Assembly (NCBI GenBank): GCA_963806535.1
Contig: CAWDYC010000004.1
Location: forward strand, 384,001 to 448,000
Direction: 5' to 3'
Origin: Candidatus Bathyarchaeota archaeon
GTDB lineage: Archaea; Thermoproteota; Bathyarchaeia; Bathyarchaeales; Bathycorpusculaceae
DNA length: 64,000 nt
Below the pieces are notes generated by a model. The model had not been told where the DNA came from. It saw only the letters and a list, made by a program, of their open reading frames with translations, and did not search any database. Positions 1-11,604 of this stretch are shown piece after piece (within the stretch, counting starts at the first letter, position 1; each line of letters opens with the position of its first letter). Position numbers and translations under genes: made by a program.

Positions 1-548
1 CCTTTGGCATCGAGACGTATAAAAATTGGCACGGACTTTAACCACTTTGGTCATCTGCTTGAATTTCAAAATTTTGATTTTCAAACAAATTTTTGGGAAA
101 AGGGCTAACTAAGAGCTAAAATCTGTTTTGGCTATTGTGTCGGTTGCTGTTTTACCCCAGTTTTCTATTGCAAAGCTGGTTAGTGCCCAATGCCAGCCTC
201 TTTTCTCTGCAATATGTTCTCCAAACTCTTTTTCAAAACGCGATTCATTCTCGGTATTCTTCAACACAATCTGAAAACGACTATCTTTAGAGTGTTTTAT
301 TTTGACAGTATTCAAACCCGAAGCAAGTCAGGCCTCTATGAACCCATACTATTTCTGGAGCGAAACCAATTCGTTTCGGCGAGGTCTCTACTGCTTGTCT
401 TTATTTGTACTTGAGGTCTTGAAAAAATGGCAACAAGAAAAGATTCGAACAGTAACTCCTTGGTGTAAATAATATAGTAGTATAACTTTCATTAATTGAA
501 TCCCAATAGATGTAATTCTAAACAATTCTTGGGCATTTCCCTGACCAA

Positions 549-1160
549 TCACTTATTCATTTGAAGCGATTCCGTCGCTAACACGCTGTATTTAGCTTCC
601 CGTTCAACAAGCATGCTTTTTGTTTTCTTTCGTTCAACGATTTTCCGTATTGCATTTGCCAATTCAGGGTAAACAGTTTCGGGGGAACCGCCCTTGTTTA
701 TGGAGTGGTCGGCACCCATTTTCATCGCTTTAAACGCAACTTCTTCTCTGTCTGTGAAGCTGAAAAAGATAAACGCGATATTATTTTTTTCTTCTCTAAG
801 TTCTTTCAGAAAATTCAGGCCGTCTTTTAGGGGCATTTCATAGTCGGAAATAATCGCATCGTATTTTTTTGCGCGCATTTTATTAAAGGCTTCATAAACT
901 GAGGTTGCTGTATCAATCTCAAAATTATTTTCTATTTCCAGAATCTTTTTAGAGACGTTTAGGAACAAGGCATTGTCGTCAACGTGTAGTATTCTTAAAG
1001 CATGTTTTTGAACAGTGGCATCTAGTAAGATTCGGTCAAGATTGCGTTTCTTTTTGTGTTTTAGGTGATTAAGCATTAAGGCACCAACATTTTTGTGTAT
1101 TGAATCGTAATAAACAATAAAAATATTTGTGGTTGTATAACTACAGTCACAAAAAGACAA
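549..1160 (-). CDS. Response-regulator receiver protein (truncated paralog of the REC-PAS-kinase family)
   Basis: LHVDDN...IISDYEMPLKDGLNFL receiver motifs; ends just after the REC linker (KYSVLATESLQ vs KYRTLVENSLQ in 24368); real start may be internal. Confidence 0.8.
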   Translation of the reverse strand: MSFCDCSYTTTNIFIVYYDSIHKNVGALMLNHLKHKKKRNLDRILLDATVQKHALRILHVDDNALFLNVSKKILEIENNFEIDTATSVYEAFNKMRAKKYDAIISDYEMPLKDGLNFLKELREEKNNIAFIFFSFTDREEVAFKAMKMGADHSINKGGSPETVYPELANAIRKIVERKKTKSMLVEREAKYSVLATESLQMNK

Positions 1161-1581
1161 AACCTGTTCAAAACAAACATTTTAGCAAATCCAGCCTCAC
1201 ATCCAGCGCAGAATTGTTTCTGCTTTGTGCTGCAGCGCTTCACGGACTTTTTTCAGTTTTTCTTAATTTCTACGATTCCAAGGGTGATGTTTCCGCCCCC
1301 TTTTGGGGTCTAATCCCACCGTCTCCAAACTATTGTGTATACTTAGGAAATGACTAACTCTTCAAATTTGAATAAAGGACTCGGAGTAGGGTAAGAACTG
1401 TTATTTCTTTTTCATTTGGTTAGAACTTTTAATACTAAATGGTTTGATGCAAGGCTTAAATTTGGGCTAATATTTTCAAGTATTCTTGCTTTGTGACAAT
1501 TTTTTGTTTTGAATATCTATTTTCGATACGAAATCGGTGTCTTAAACTTGAATAGTTCTTTAATAATCATGTCTCATACTT

Positions 1582-2868
1582 TTGAGTATCAAAGAAGACC
1601 CTTTAGTTGATAATATGAACGTCAAACAGGAAACAAGATCTCAGATGGTTTTGGAGGATTCTCGCCCCCTGATTGACTTGAAGTTAACTGCTGATAAGGA
1701 TTTATTGCATGTTTTGCACGTTGATGATGACGATTGTTTCTTGGAGGTCTCAAAGCGGATTTTGGAGATGGCGGGCAAATTCGAAGTTGACAATGTTACA
1801 TCGGTGGAGGCAGCTTTCCAAAAGTTAGGGAAGCAACATTATGACGCTGTTGTTTCTGATTATGAGATGCCTTTGAAAGATGGTCTACAATTTCTTAAAG
1901 AACTACGAGAACGAGACGGTACGATTCCGTTTTTCATTTTCACTGGAAAAGGAAGAGAAGAAGTAGCCATCAAAGCCATAAATCTCGGAGCAGACGGATA
2001 TTTTAACAAAAATGGCGATACCGAAACAGTTTATTGCGAACTTTCGCATGGCATAAGCAAATCTGTAGAAGCGAAAAAAGTCAAAGCTAAGGCTTGCCTA
2101 GAAGAGGCAAGGTTGAAAGCTATATTGACTTCTTCTCCTGATGCTATTGTAATTACTGATTTGAATGCAATAGTTGTTAATTGCAACGATGCAGCTTTGA
2201 ATTTGGCGGGGTATTCTTCCAGGGAAGAGTTCGTCGGCAAGAGCTGCCGTGAGATTATTCAAAAAAGAGGCTACCGAGAAGCCATAGAAATATCAAACAG
2301 ATCAAGGGAAAACCCATTTCCAACCGACCGCCCAGCGATTAAGGATGAGGAGTTTTCTATCGTGAAGAGCAGTGGGGAGGTATGTTTTGTGGAACTTTCG
2401 GTGGGTACGCTCAAGGATGTTGCCGGCGAGCCGTTGGGGTATGTGAGCCTTTTGCGGGATGTCTCTGAACGCAAAAGAGCCGAGGAACAAAACAATAAGC
2501 TGGCTGATGAACTGAGCAGGATTTTTGACGCCATTACGGATCTGATGCTAGTTATTGATATGGACAACAGAATTGTGATGGTAAACAAGAAGACTTGCGA
2601 GCTTTTGAAAAAGAAACCAGAGGAATTGTGGGGTAAGTATTGCTTTGAGGTCATGCATGGTACTGATAAGCCTTTGCCAGGTTGCCCTCACTTGAAAGTA
2701 TTGGAAACGAAACATGCCGCGTCTGCAATAGTTTATTGTTCGAGTGTTGAAAAGCAACTGTTAGTTACGGTTTCTCCGGTTTTTAATGAACAAGGCCAAT
2801 TTGTTCACTGTGTCCACAGTGCAAAAGACATTGCTGACCTCAAGATAACAAATGAAATAAGTTCGTAA
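1582..2868 (+). CDS. REC-PAS-PAS signalling protein without kinase domain
   Basis: LHVDDD/SDYEMP/FTGKG receiver, then two PAS/PAC repeats (LRDVSERK; FDAITD...HSAKDI); no H-box or HATPase. Confidence 0.85.
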   Translation: MSIKEDPLVDNMNVKQETRSQMVLEDSRPLIDLKLTADKDLLHVLHVDDDDCFLEVSKRILEMAGKFEVDNVTSVEAAFQKLGKQHYDAVVSDYEMPLKDGLQFLKELRERDGTIPFFIFTGKGREEVAIKAINLGADGYFNKNGDTETVYCELSHGISKSVEAKKVKAKACLEEARLKAILTSSPDAIVITDLNAIVVNCNDAALNLAGYSSREEFVGKSCREIIQKRGYREAIEISNRSRENPFPTDRPAIKDEEFSIVKSSGEVCFVELSVGTLKDVAGEPLGYVSLLRDVSERKRAEEQNNKLADELSRIFDAITDLMLVIDMDNRIVMVNKKTCELLKKKPEELWGKYCFEVMHGTDKPLPGCPHLKVLETKHAASAIVYCSSVEKQLLVTVSPVFNEQGQFVHCVHSAKDIADLKITNEISS

Positions 2869-3356
2869 TATGGCTTGTAACGTTCCTTAGTGTTTATATG
2901 CTGAAAGTGAACTGAAATTCTTTAAGGAAAAACTGACCGAAATAATAAAATTTGTAGAAAATGGAATACCTCTAAAGGGGAAATGTGGAATCTGCGAAGA
3001 ATCTTCTAAAGAGACTTCTTTACAAGTTGCATGGACACGCCCCAGACAAAGGTGATTTAGGCACCGTTAATTCTCCGTTGGATTTTTCTTCTGTATTTTT
3101 TAGACACCCAAAACATTCCCGCATAGTTTCAGCAACCGAATTTTTACAGAAGAAAAACCCTAACAACTTTACAGGACCTTAAAAAGGACTCACCCCAAAC
3201 GGTCTGATACCCAATCAACTAATAGGTATTTTTTGTTTCCAATTTGACTCAAACTATCCGCCCAGGCTGCCCATCTCCTTGCTCCTGAAGGGTTCAGATC
3301 GCTAAACTCTAGATTGGACAGATTTGCTTTTCTCTCAGGCTTTTATTTGTGGGCGA

Positions 3357-5690
3357 TTAGGTGTGAGGCGGATCGAACTTATGAATCTGGAATATAGCCA
3401 CTTCTTTGTTAACAAATAGTAGAGTGAACATCGGGTCTTTCGCGAACCTTGAAATCTGAGAAAAATCGCGTGTGGCAATGTAGGAATCGTTTAGGTTTGC
3501 TATTGCTTGGCGATAATCAAAAACATCTAAAGGAAATTCTGCAACTTTGTCTGCATAACTCTTTGTGTTATTCATAAAGAGCTCTTGAAGACTTGTTTTG
3601 GTTGCCGAGTTTTCGCTAGGGGTTGGATATTCAAAAACGGTGACATAAAAGTTAATTTCAGTTTCAGATTGAGTGCTTAGGTTGTAGAGTATTTTAGGAC
3701 CTTCAGAATCTTGTGTGACCGTAGGCGGGGCTCCGTTGAAAATCAGTTGACCAGCCATATCCACGTAAGGGTCAACCAACCCGATGGATGCGCCATTTTC
3801 AGCAACAACATTGCCTCTTGTTTGCACAATAAAGCTAATGTTAACAAGGCTGACTGTTGGGTTGTTGCTCGATATGTTTTCAGTCATGTTGACAAATCGT
3901 ACTCCTTGGTAAACTGTAGCTTTTTGAGTGAAATTGAGAAATTCGTTTCCCCATGTAACGGATATAGTTGCAAAGGTTGAGGAGTTTTCAAGATGCATTT
4001 CCTTGACCGGAAGCTCTGAAAGCTCAACCAGAATTTGCAATCTCCGCTTTTCCTAAATGTAATTGTTGTTTGGCTGTTGTTGAAGTTAAGAAATGGAAAC
4101 GGATAATATGAGTTGCTCAACTTGGCTAAAAACTCTGGATTATGGTTCGCCGTGTAGCCTCCATCTTCTCTAATCTGAACCAAGCCATTGTCAACCAAGT
4201 AATCGGTGTCAAGAAGTCGGGTTGCTAGCAATGCTGGTTCAAACTCTCGAGAGTTAGTTATAAAGATCGGGTCAACAGCGCTTATGGTTGGTCTTTGGGC
4301 GAAGCCTCCTAGCCACCAGCCATACAATGCGTCAGCAACGAAAACGGAATTTGGGGGTGTGTTCTGTTTAATCCACTGTATTGCGTCATAACCCGGTTGG
4401 TTCATGACCTGTTGTTGACCTTGAATGCTAAAGCCATTAGACGGAGTCATAAAAAAATTTGGTAACTCAAAAAAGGCAATCAGAATCAGGATGATCGCAA
4501 ACAGGGCCAACATTGTTTGATTGGATGGATGAGAATTAATCCGTTTTAAGATCTTGTTTTCGCCAAATCTTTTTTGGATAAAGCTTCTTCTAGCTGATAA
4601 AAGCCAATTTGTGCTTTTTGCTAGCAAGCGGGCGCCAAGAAAGATACCTATCCCAATCGAAATGATAAATGGCAGGTTTGCAAAATAGAGAAAGCGCTCA
4701 TAATCTGTGTATAACCCAACAACATAAGATTGCGTCAGAACTGTTGGGATAATCAACCACGTAAGAAAAAGAACATTTGAAAACTGAATTAACTTTCTCT
4801 GCATATACTTGGAAAACACAATGTATAAGAAAAAACAAGCAAAAAATGGTATGACAATTTCAAGTGGAAGGAGCCTCATGGGAAGTAGCAGTTTTTGAAT
4901 ATCTGGTAAGCCACCCGTATACACTGCTGAGTTCAAGTTGAGGTAGATAGGAGCAGCTTGAATCAGGAAGGGAGACACTATCAATCCACCTATAAAAAGG
5001 GGAACAAGCCATTCCAAAACGTCTTTTCTGTCAACACCCAATCTAGCGTGGAAAACAGAAAGCAATCAAAACTGAGGCGAAAATTATGGCTATGAACAGG
5101 AAGGTGCTGAGTGAATGAGTGAGAAATATTGTGGCCGAAAGCAATGAAGTCACAGTTAGAAGTGGTAACCTTGAAAATCTGGATTTTTCCAATAGTAAAT
5201 AGAAAGTCAAAGGAATAAGCATCAAAGTTACGATGTTGGGGTAACCTGACCATAAAAGAATATAGATGTCATAATATGAAAACCCAACTAGGAAAGCAAC
5301 TATCAAAGCTATAGATTCATTCAAAACTTTTCGAGTTATAAGGAAAGCCACCAACACTAGCAAGGAAGAAAAAAGAATAGCCACAATTGCCTGAGCCAAG
5401 TAATCAGGCAAGCCTGTAAAAAGGATAACGTAAGAAACAAATATGTGGTAACCTGGGAACGTGTTGGAGTTGCCACCACCCATATGATAGTAATTCCATA
5501 GAAAGTTCGTATTACCTCCCTGAGTTATTGAATGAATGAGGCTATTATGGAGTCCAATGTCAGCTCCAGGAGGAAAGCCCTGATGCATAACCAAGACGGC
5601 TCGGTAGATAGCTGAAAAGAAAGCTATGACGAACAGCAAAAGAAAGCTTCTTTTTGCTTTTAGCATCTTGCTTTTTTTCCTCGTTTGCAT
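3357..5690 (-). CDS. Multi-TM GT-C-like membrane glycosyltransferase, split by two frameshifts
   Basis: ORFs 5043-5690, 3884-5065 and 3357-4040 are collinear with intact paralog 7888-10209 (PPGADIGxH, YPNI, THSLS, YGWWLxGF, GxxQxREDGG, FDY). Confidence 0.7.
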
Positions 5691-5924
5691 CTTATCCAGC
5701 TTGCTTGTTAAATATCCTTCCCATTTAGCGCAATCCAGAGCCGAATGGATTCAGAAACAGGTTCTGCGACTGGAATGCTATGGATATTTGAACCTTGTTT
5801 AATCTCTGGGTTCGCAAAAAGATACTTTTATTTCCTCCTTTTGGAGCCGAGTTTGACTGCAGCCATTGCTACGCGATATTCTTAAATATGGTTTGCAAGC
5901 ACACCAGCTTAACGGCGAAGCTGC

Positions 5925-6671
5925 TTGTGTCCCATGCCTGAGCTAATTTCAAATGTTCACTGGTTACTTTCAAATCCGATAGACTTGAAAGGTTTGCGGG
6001 GGGATATTTGGGCTTGGGGCTCTGTTCCCCGTATAAAGGGCGTCTTACGTGAACTTTTGGCTCTTCTTAAAAGGCACAACGTTGCCGCGACATTCTTTGT
6101 ATCCGGGGTTTGTGCAGAGCAAAATAAAGATGAAATTCTGAGGATAAAAAATGCTGGCCATGAGATAGGGTTACATGGCTACAGACATGTGCCCTATGAT
6201 ATGCCAAGCGCCGATATGATAAGAGATATGTATCAAGCTATTTCTGTATTCAGAGAAATGGGCGTCGTCGTTAAAGGTTTCAGAGCACCATGGCTAATTT
6301 CAAATGAAGATACGTATCGGGCAGCTCAGATGTTTGGATTGACATATGTGTCTAATATTAGTGCCAAAAAGGCTTTGCAACGGGTTGATAAATACGATTT
6401 GGCGGAGTTACCGATATACCTAGACGATCAGTCACTTTTACAAGAAAATGCGGTTGAGAACTTGCTGAAATCATCCGAAACTGGAAGGGTTTTTGAATTT
6501 CATTTGTTGTATGTAAGGCAAAGGATGCGGGTTCTAGATGATTTCCTAAGCAAATTAAGAATTGGCACTGCAACTTTTTCCCAAATTGCTGAAGGAAGCA
6601 ACGGAATAGGGTTGTCATTTGATATTGCTTATTTGAATAGGTTAGAATTAGTGAAAAAATTGTTTTCCTGA
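5925..6671 (+). CDS. Polysaccharide deacetylase (CE4/NodB-like)
   Basis: ATFFV, GHEIGLHGYRH and GFRAPW motifs. Confidence 0.85.
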   Translation: MCPMPELISNVHWLLSNPIDLKGLRGDIWAWGSVPRIKGVLRELLALLKRHNVAATFFVSGVCAEQNKDEILRIKNAGHEIGLHGYRHVPYDMPSADMIRDMYQAISVFREMGVVVKGFRAPWLISNEDTYRAAQMFGLTYVSNISAKKALQRVDKYDLAELPIYLDDQSLLQENAVENLLKSSETGRVFEFHLLYVRQRMRVLDDFLSKLRIGTATFSQIAEGSNGIGLSFDIAYLNRLELVKKLFS

Positions 6672-6674
6672 GCG

Positions 6675-7826
6675 TTGAAATGCTTGAGTGATCCTTTTTT
6701 AAATGTAAAAGACACAGGTTTCTTGTACAAATCAAAGGTTTTTTCAGGAATACTGTCAAAAAGAGCATTTGTAGGCCCATATTTCGCTGTTATAGCTGGC
6801 AAACACAGCTGCAATTATAAGTGTATTTTTTGTGAATGGTTTACTCCTATAGCAAAGGAGTTGAAGAATGAGAAACTCAGTTCTCACTCTTATATGAACA
6901 TGGATGTTTACAACGGATTGGTAAGAGAGCTAAGCGAACTAGGGACCAAAATCATTCTATTTGGCGACACTGAGGAGCCCTTTATGGATCCAAACCTGAT
7001 TGAGAAGATCGAGTGCGCCAAGCAGCACAATTTAGGATGTTTCATAATAACTAATGGTTCTTTGATAAATGAAGAAAACGCGGAAAAGATCGTAGATCTG
7101 AAGCTTGATTACTTAAATGTGAGTTTAAACGCGGGGAGCCCTGAAACATATCCGCGAATACACACAACTGAAACTCAAAAAACATTTGAAAGAATAGTTT
7201 CGATGGTAGAACTTATCGAAAAATTAAAAGAAAAGAAACAAACAGATTTTCCCCGCACTAGATTATCAATGGTAGTTTGTAATAGAAACTATCACGACGT
7301 AGTCAAATTTGTAGAATTGTGTCAAGGTATTGGTGTGAAGAATGCCCATATAAAAAGGCTGATTTCCACCTCAAGAGAAATGGCTGAGGAACTAGAATTA
7401 ACACTTAATCAAGAAGAGCAAACGAAAAAATACCTTGTTGAAGCCTTGAACTCTTCAAAAAAATACGGTATCAATTTGGACATGGAATGGACGGAATGGA
7501 CAGGTTCACAAAGAACTCTGATTAAAAATGATGTGCCTTGCTATTTTGGATGGCTTTTTACTGTGATAGATGCAGATGGTAGTGTACGTCCCTGCTGTTT
7601 CCAAAATCGTAGTCCAACTTGTACTATCGGAAACATCAAAGAAAATGAATTCACCATATTATGGCGTTCCAAAAAATATCAAGACTTTAGACGAAAGTCC
7701 AAAAACATTGAGGAGAGAAGAAAAATGGGGTATCTGTGCAATCAACCCTCCTGCTATTTTAATAACAGACAGGTTTACGAGATTCTACATAAGCCCTATC
7801 TTTTGCCTATCACACATGGAACATAA
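6675..7826 (+). CDS. Radical SAM protein with SPASM/Twitch domain
   Basis: CNYKCIFC (CxxxCxxC), EPF, ITNG, VSLNA; C-terminal CYFGW...IDADGSVRPCC...IGNI...CNQPSC. Confidence 0.9.
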   Translation: MKCLSDPFLNVKDTGFLYKSKVFSGILSKRAFVGPYFAVIAGKHSCNYKCIFCEWFTPIAKELKNEKLSSHSYMNMDVYNGLVRELSELGTKIILFGDTEEPFMDPNLIEKIECAKQHNLGCFIITNGSLINEENAEKIVDLKLDYLNVSLNAGSPETYPRIHTTETQKTFERIVSMVELIEKLKEKKQTDFPRTRLSMVVCNRNYHDVVKFVELCQGIGVKNAHIKRLISTSREMAEELELTLNQEEQTKKYLVEALNSSKKYGINLDMEWTEWTGSQRTLIKNDVPCYFGWLFTVIDADGSVRPCCFQNRSPTCTIGNIKENEFTILWRSKKYQDFRRKSKNIEERRKMGYLCNQPSCYFNNRQVYEILHKPYLLPITHGT

Positions 7827-7887
7827 ACGAATTCAATAATTTTGTTCAAATTGCTCAAGCTCGCGAACTATCAGAAATAGTTTTTAC

Positions 7888-10209
7888 CTATCCTTTACCT
7901 AAAGTGGTGTTAGTTTGAACCTTAAAAATGGCAACTTCACTGTTAATGAATGCAAGGCTAAATTCTGGATCATCAGTATATTTGGGGTTTAACCCAAAAT
8001 CCCGGTTTGCAACATATGAAACGTTGTATTCTTGCAAGGCTACTTTGTAGTCAAACGTTGTTATGGACAAATCTGGAGCGGCCGGGGGATTTTGCAGATT
8101 AGCGCTTAATGTTCCTCTGAGTCCAGATGGGGACATTGGGTTTTGAATGTCGTTTTCAGATACTGGGTATATGCCGACTAGAATTTGGATTTCAGCCGTT
8201 GATTTGCCTTCGATGCCGTATGATAGTTGAGTTATGCAGGGGCTTTGAGCATTAAAGTTGCTTATTGTCGGTTGGGTTTGAGCAAAAATCAGCTGTCCGC
8301 ATTCTTTATTGCCTGGATCCAAAATTGCAAGGGTGTTGTTGAATGGCTGTTGGAATATGCCTCGGGAGTCGATGACTAAGTTTAGCCAGTCAATCGAAAC
8401 GTTGGGTTTGTTGCTTTGAACCAGTATTGTCATGTTTGCGAAGAGTTTTCCTTTTGTGACAGTTGTGATTTCTGAGTAGCTAAAGTCGCTGTTTGTTTTG
8501 TTGACAATTATGGATGGGTTTTCACTGTTGGTGCCGATAAGCTGCATAGCTGTAACGGGCATGTCAGAGAGGTTGGTGGCTTTGGCGTTTTTTCCATCGT
8601 AAGAAAATAATGTGATTTCGCTGCTGTTAAATTGGAAAAAGCTGTATGGGGAATTGGTCCAGTTCAGGTCTGCTAGAAACATGGGGTTATGTCTGCCTAC
8701 GTGTCCGCCGTCTTCGCGAACTTGAATGTAACCGTTGTCAATGACATAGTCCGTGTCCAGCAGATAAGAAACGTTTTTTGATATACTCACTTCACGCGCA
8801 AGCGTTATCGCCTGTAAATCTACATCAGTTAATGTCGGACGCTGGCCAAACCCTGCGAGCCACCACCCGTATCCCATTTCAGAAACAAACACTGAGCCCC
8901 CAGGCGTGTTTTGCTTAGCCCACTCTATCGCTTGGTAGCCGGGATTATCCATAATTTGGTAGAAACCCTGAACTCTAACGCCTTCCCAAGGAAAAATAAA
9001 GATTGGAGTACTCAAAGTCAAGATAAGCAGGAAGCCCAATACAAAGCCTCCATAAACTGTTTTATATTTTATTCTAGCTTTGATTCTCAACCTTAATTTG
9101 CTAAAAAACTGATTTGTTTTCTGGTTTAGCCCGTTTAAAACATAGTCGGCACTTAATACTTTTGCAAAACGCCTTGATGAACAATCAATCATTACGGCAA
9201 TGAGAATTAGCACCGGATACATGAGGAAGTACAGAAACCGAACAGAATCCACATAAAACCCAACTAAGTAATCCTGAGTTAACAATAATGGCACTAAAAG
9301 CCACATGACAAGAAGAAAGACCGGCAGCGAAAAAAACCGTCCCTTATATTTTTTCGATAGCAAGAAAAACGGGGCGATGCAGGCAAAAAGAGCCAGCACC
9401 ACCTCAAGAGAAATCGTTCTATTAGCAAGCAACGCCTGTACAATCGCAGGAGAGCCAGTAAATGTAGCGCTTAAGTTTAAGTAAGGCTGCACTGCAGTTG
9501 CCAAAAAAGGCGAAACGAGAATGGCTCCTATAACTATCGGCAAGATCCAGTAAACAATGTTTTTTCTGGGCTCATTAAACGTTTTAGGAAAAACCAATAC
9601 AACAATCGCTGTAACTGCGATTATGCCTATGAAGACGGCGGCACTTAAAGAATGTGTAAGAAGTATTGATGCCGCTAAAAGAGAGGCTGATACAAGAAAA
9701 GGAGTCAGCGAAATTTTGTCTCTTTTAAGAAACAAATAGAAAATTATGGGAATCAACGACAAAACAATTATGTTTGGGTAGCCTCCCCAACAAACTATTT
9801 CAATGTCACTTCGCGAGACGGCTACAAAAAACGCGGCTACAAAAGCGACCGATTCATTCCAAACTATTCGAGTTACTAAAAACGTGGCTAACACGATAAG
9901 TGATGAGAATAAGGCTATGATAGTTCCCTGAGCTACATAACTGGGCATGCCAGTCAAAATTATTATTTGCGAAGCAAAAATATGAAATCCAGGAAATTCA
10001 AGTTCCACGCCCCCACCCATCTGATAAAAATTATACAGAAAATTAGTGTTGCCTGAATGTGTAATTGAGTTTATGACGCCGGCGTGAAAGCCAATGTCAG
10101 CTCCCGGCGGATAGGTATTCCATAGCAACAAAATTATGCGGTAGGCAAAAGCGAAGGCGAAGATTGCAAGTAGCAAAAGCTGTTTATTGGTTGGCTTGAA
10201 CATATGCAA
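7888..10209 (-). CDS. Multi-TM GT-C-like membrane glycosyltransferase with extracellular C-terminal domain
   Basis: About 12 hydrophobic segments, GADxxxH loop after TM1, AIEWAKQNTPxxSVFVS motif; overlaps the GT4 gene. Confidence 0.7.
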   Translation of the reverse strand: MHMFKPTNKQLLLLAIFAFAFAYRIILLLWNTYPPGADIGFHAGVINSITHSGNTNFLYNFYQMGGGVELEFPGFHIFASQIIILTGMPSYVAQGTIIALFSSLIVLATFLVTRIVWNESVAFVAAFFVAVSRSDIEIVCWGGYPNIIVLSLIPIIFYLFLKRDKISLTPFLVSASLLAASILLTHSLSAAVFIGIIAVTAIVVLVFPKTFNEPRKNIVYWILPIVIGAILVSPFLATAVQPYLNLSATFTGSPAIVQALLANRTISLEVVLALFACIAPFFLLSKKYKGRFFSLPVFLLVMWLLVPLLLTQDYLVGFYVDSVRFLYFLMYPVLILIAVMIDCSSRRFAKVLSADYVLNGLNQKTNQFFSKLRLRIKARIKYKTVYGGFVLGFLLILTLSTPIFIFPWEGVRVQGFYQIMDNPGYQAIEWAKQNTPGGSVFVSEMGYGWWLAGFGQRPTLTDVDLQAITLAREVSISKNVSYLLDTDYVIDNGYIQVREDGGHVGRHNPMFLADLNWTNSPYSFFQFNSSEITLFSYDGKNAKATNLSDMPVTAMQLIGTNSENPSIIVNKTNSDFSYSEITTVTKGKLFANMTILVQSNKPNVSIDWLNLVIDSRGIFQQPFNNTLAILDPGNKECGQLIFAQTQPTISNFNAQSPCITQLSYGIEGKSTAEIQILVGIYPVSENDIQNPMSPSGLRGTLSANLQNPPAAPDLSITTFDYKVALQEYNVSYVANRDFGLNPKYTDDPEFSLAFINSEVAIFKVQTNTTLGKG

Positions 10210-11338
10210 TCTGTCTCTCCTGCGTTTTTATGATCTCAGGTTCAGTGCTGTTCAAGTTATATGCGTTCAGTGCTATTCGCAGGAATTCGCTTGCGGTGTA
10301 ATCCCAAGAAAAGTTGTGCGAGTACTCTATTGCGTTTTTAGAGAAACAGATTCTTAACTTCTCATTGTTGAGTAAAGTTAGTAGCCTAGCTGCCAATGCG
10401 TGGATATCACCGTTTTTCACTAGAAAGCCCGTACTTTGGTCTTGAACTGAATCTTTCAATCCAGGCACCAAATATGCTACAGAGGGGACACCTAAAGCGT
10501 TCGCCTCAATAATGTTCAAACCAAAACCTTCCCTGATTCCTGGACTAACCAAAACCCAACTCTGCTCAATCAGCCGGCGACGTTCGTAATTAGTCAGTTG
10601 CCCATAAAATCTTACCCCTTCGCAAGACAAACTCTCCAATTTACCCCTAATCGGGCCATCACCAACAATCCACAACTCAGCATCAGGCAACTTCTCCTTA
10701 ACCTTCTCAAACGCCGCAATCGCGTGGATTGGTCTCTTAGCTTTTTTCAGTCGCCCCGCATACACAATTATAGGATGGCTATTCTTGTTCGACGGCTTGG
10801 CTAAAGGCTTAAAATTCAACCCTCCAGGAACAATGAAAACATGCTTAAAACCTAAGGCATCCAAATTTTCGCGGGTGCTGTTTGAAACAGTAACCGTAGG
10901 TATATCTGCGTATTTCTGCAGCCACTTGTCCTCAAAGTAATGGCCAAGGACATTTAGAGGGAAACCTGTTTCGTAAAACCAAATTTCTCTAGCCAGCTGA
11001 TGAATCAACGCTACCACATGCTCACCATTCTCCACAAAACTCTGTGCAAAAAAAGGCCGTGTGTTTATTTCATCAACCACAAGATCAAAACGCTCAGACT
11101 TGAAACGTTTCGAATAGAACTTTTTTGCTTCCCCGTAAACTGAAAAGCGTCCACCCGACCGGACCACTTTCACTCCGTCCAATGTTTCTTCTTTCTTGCC
11201 TCCGGGAAATATCGACGTAAACAAAGTTACCTCGTGACCCGCTTTAACCCATCGCTTCGCAACCTCATGAGTATAAACCTCCGCCCCACCCATTGCAGGA
11301 TTAAGCCAACAACGCCAATTAAAAACCAAAATCTTCAT
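10184..11338 (-). CDS. Glycosyltransferase family 4 (GT-B)
   Basis: GGAEVY, GHEVT, GRLKKAK, EGFGLNIIEANALGVP motifs. Confidence 0.92.
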   Translation of the reverse strand: MKILVFNWRCWLNPAMGGAEVYTHEVAKRWVKAGHEVTLFTSIFPGGKKEETLDGVKVVRSGGRFSVYGEAKKFYSKRFKSERFDLVVDEINTRPFFAQSFVENGEHVVALIHQLAREIWFYETGFPLNVLGHYFEDKWLQKYADIPTVTVSNSTRENLDALGFKHVFIVPGGLNFKPLAKPSNKNSHPIIVYAGRLKKAKRPIHAIAAFEKVKEKLPDAELWIVGDGPIRGKLESLSCEGVRFYGQLTNYERRRLIEQSWVLVSPGIREGFGLNIIEANALGVPSVAYLVPGLKDSVQDQSTGFLVKNGDIHALAARLLTLLNNEKLRICFSKNAIEYSHNFSWDYTASEFLRIALNAYNLNSTEPEIIKTQERQIAYVQANQ

Positions 11339-11546
11339 TTTTTCAAAAAACCTGGCTTACTTTGTAATAGACAGGTTTAGCAACCATCAAATTGGCTTTT
11401 GGGCAGGCTATCGATAGAACCAGAATTAATAAGAGTCTTCTAATCCCGCTATCCATAGCCAGTATAAGAAATGATTTTTAATAAAAGCGTATTCGTAAAG
11501 CTTTATTGACTGCGCTTAGTCAATGTTTCTTGACTTAAGCCAATGC

Positions 11547-11604
11547 AGAAATTTATGATTTTATTTGCAAATCTCGTTTAGTGTTGCTGCTTTAACGGCG
11601 GGTC
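11547..11604 (-). repeat. Remnant of vapC 3' end (copy 1)
   Basis: Aligns to 51981-52035 (AGAAATTTATG...TGCTTTAACGGC). Confidence 0.65.

Noticed and set aside
109-414. Short ORFs at the window start
   Set aside because: No recognisable motif; possibly a gene fragment extending beyond the window.
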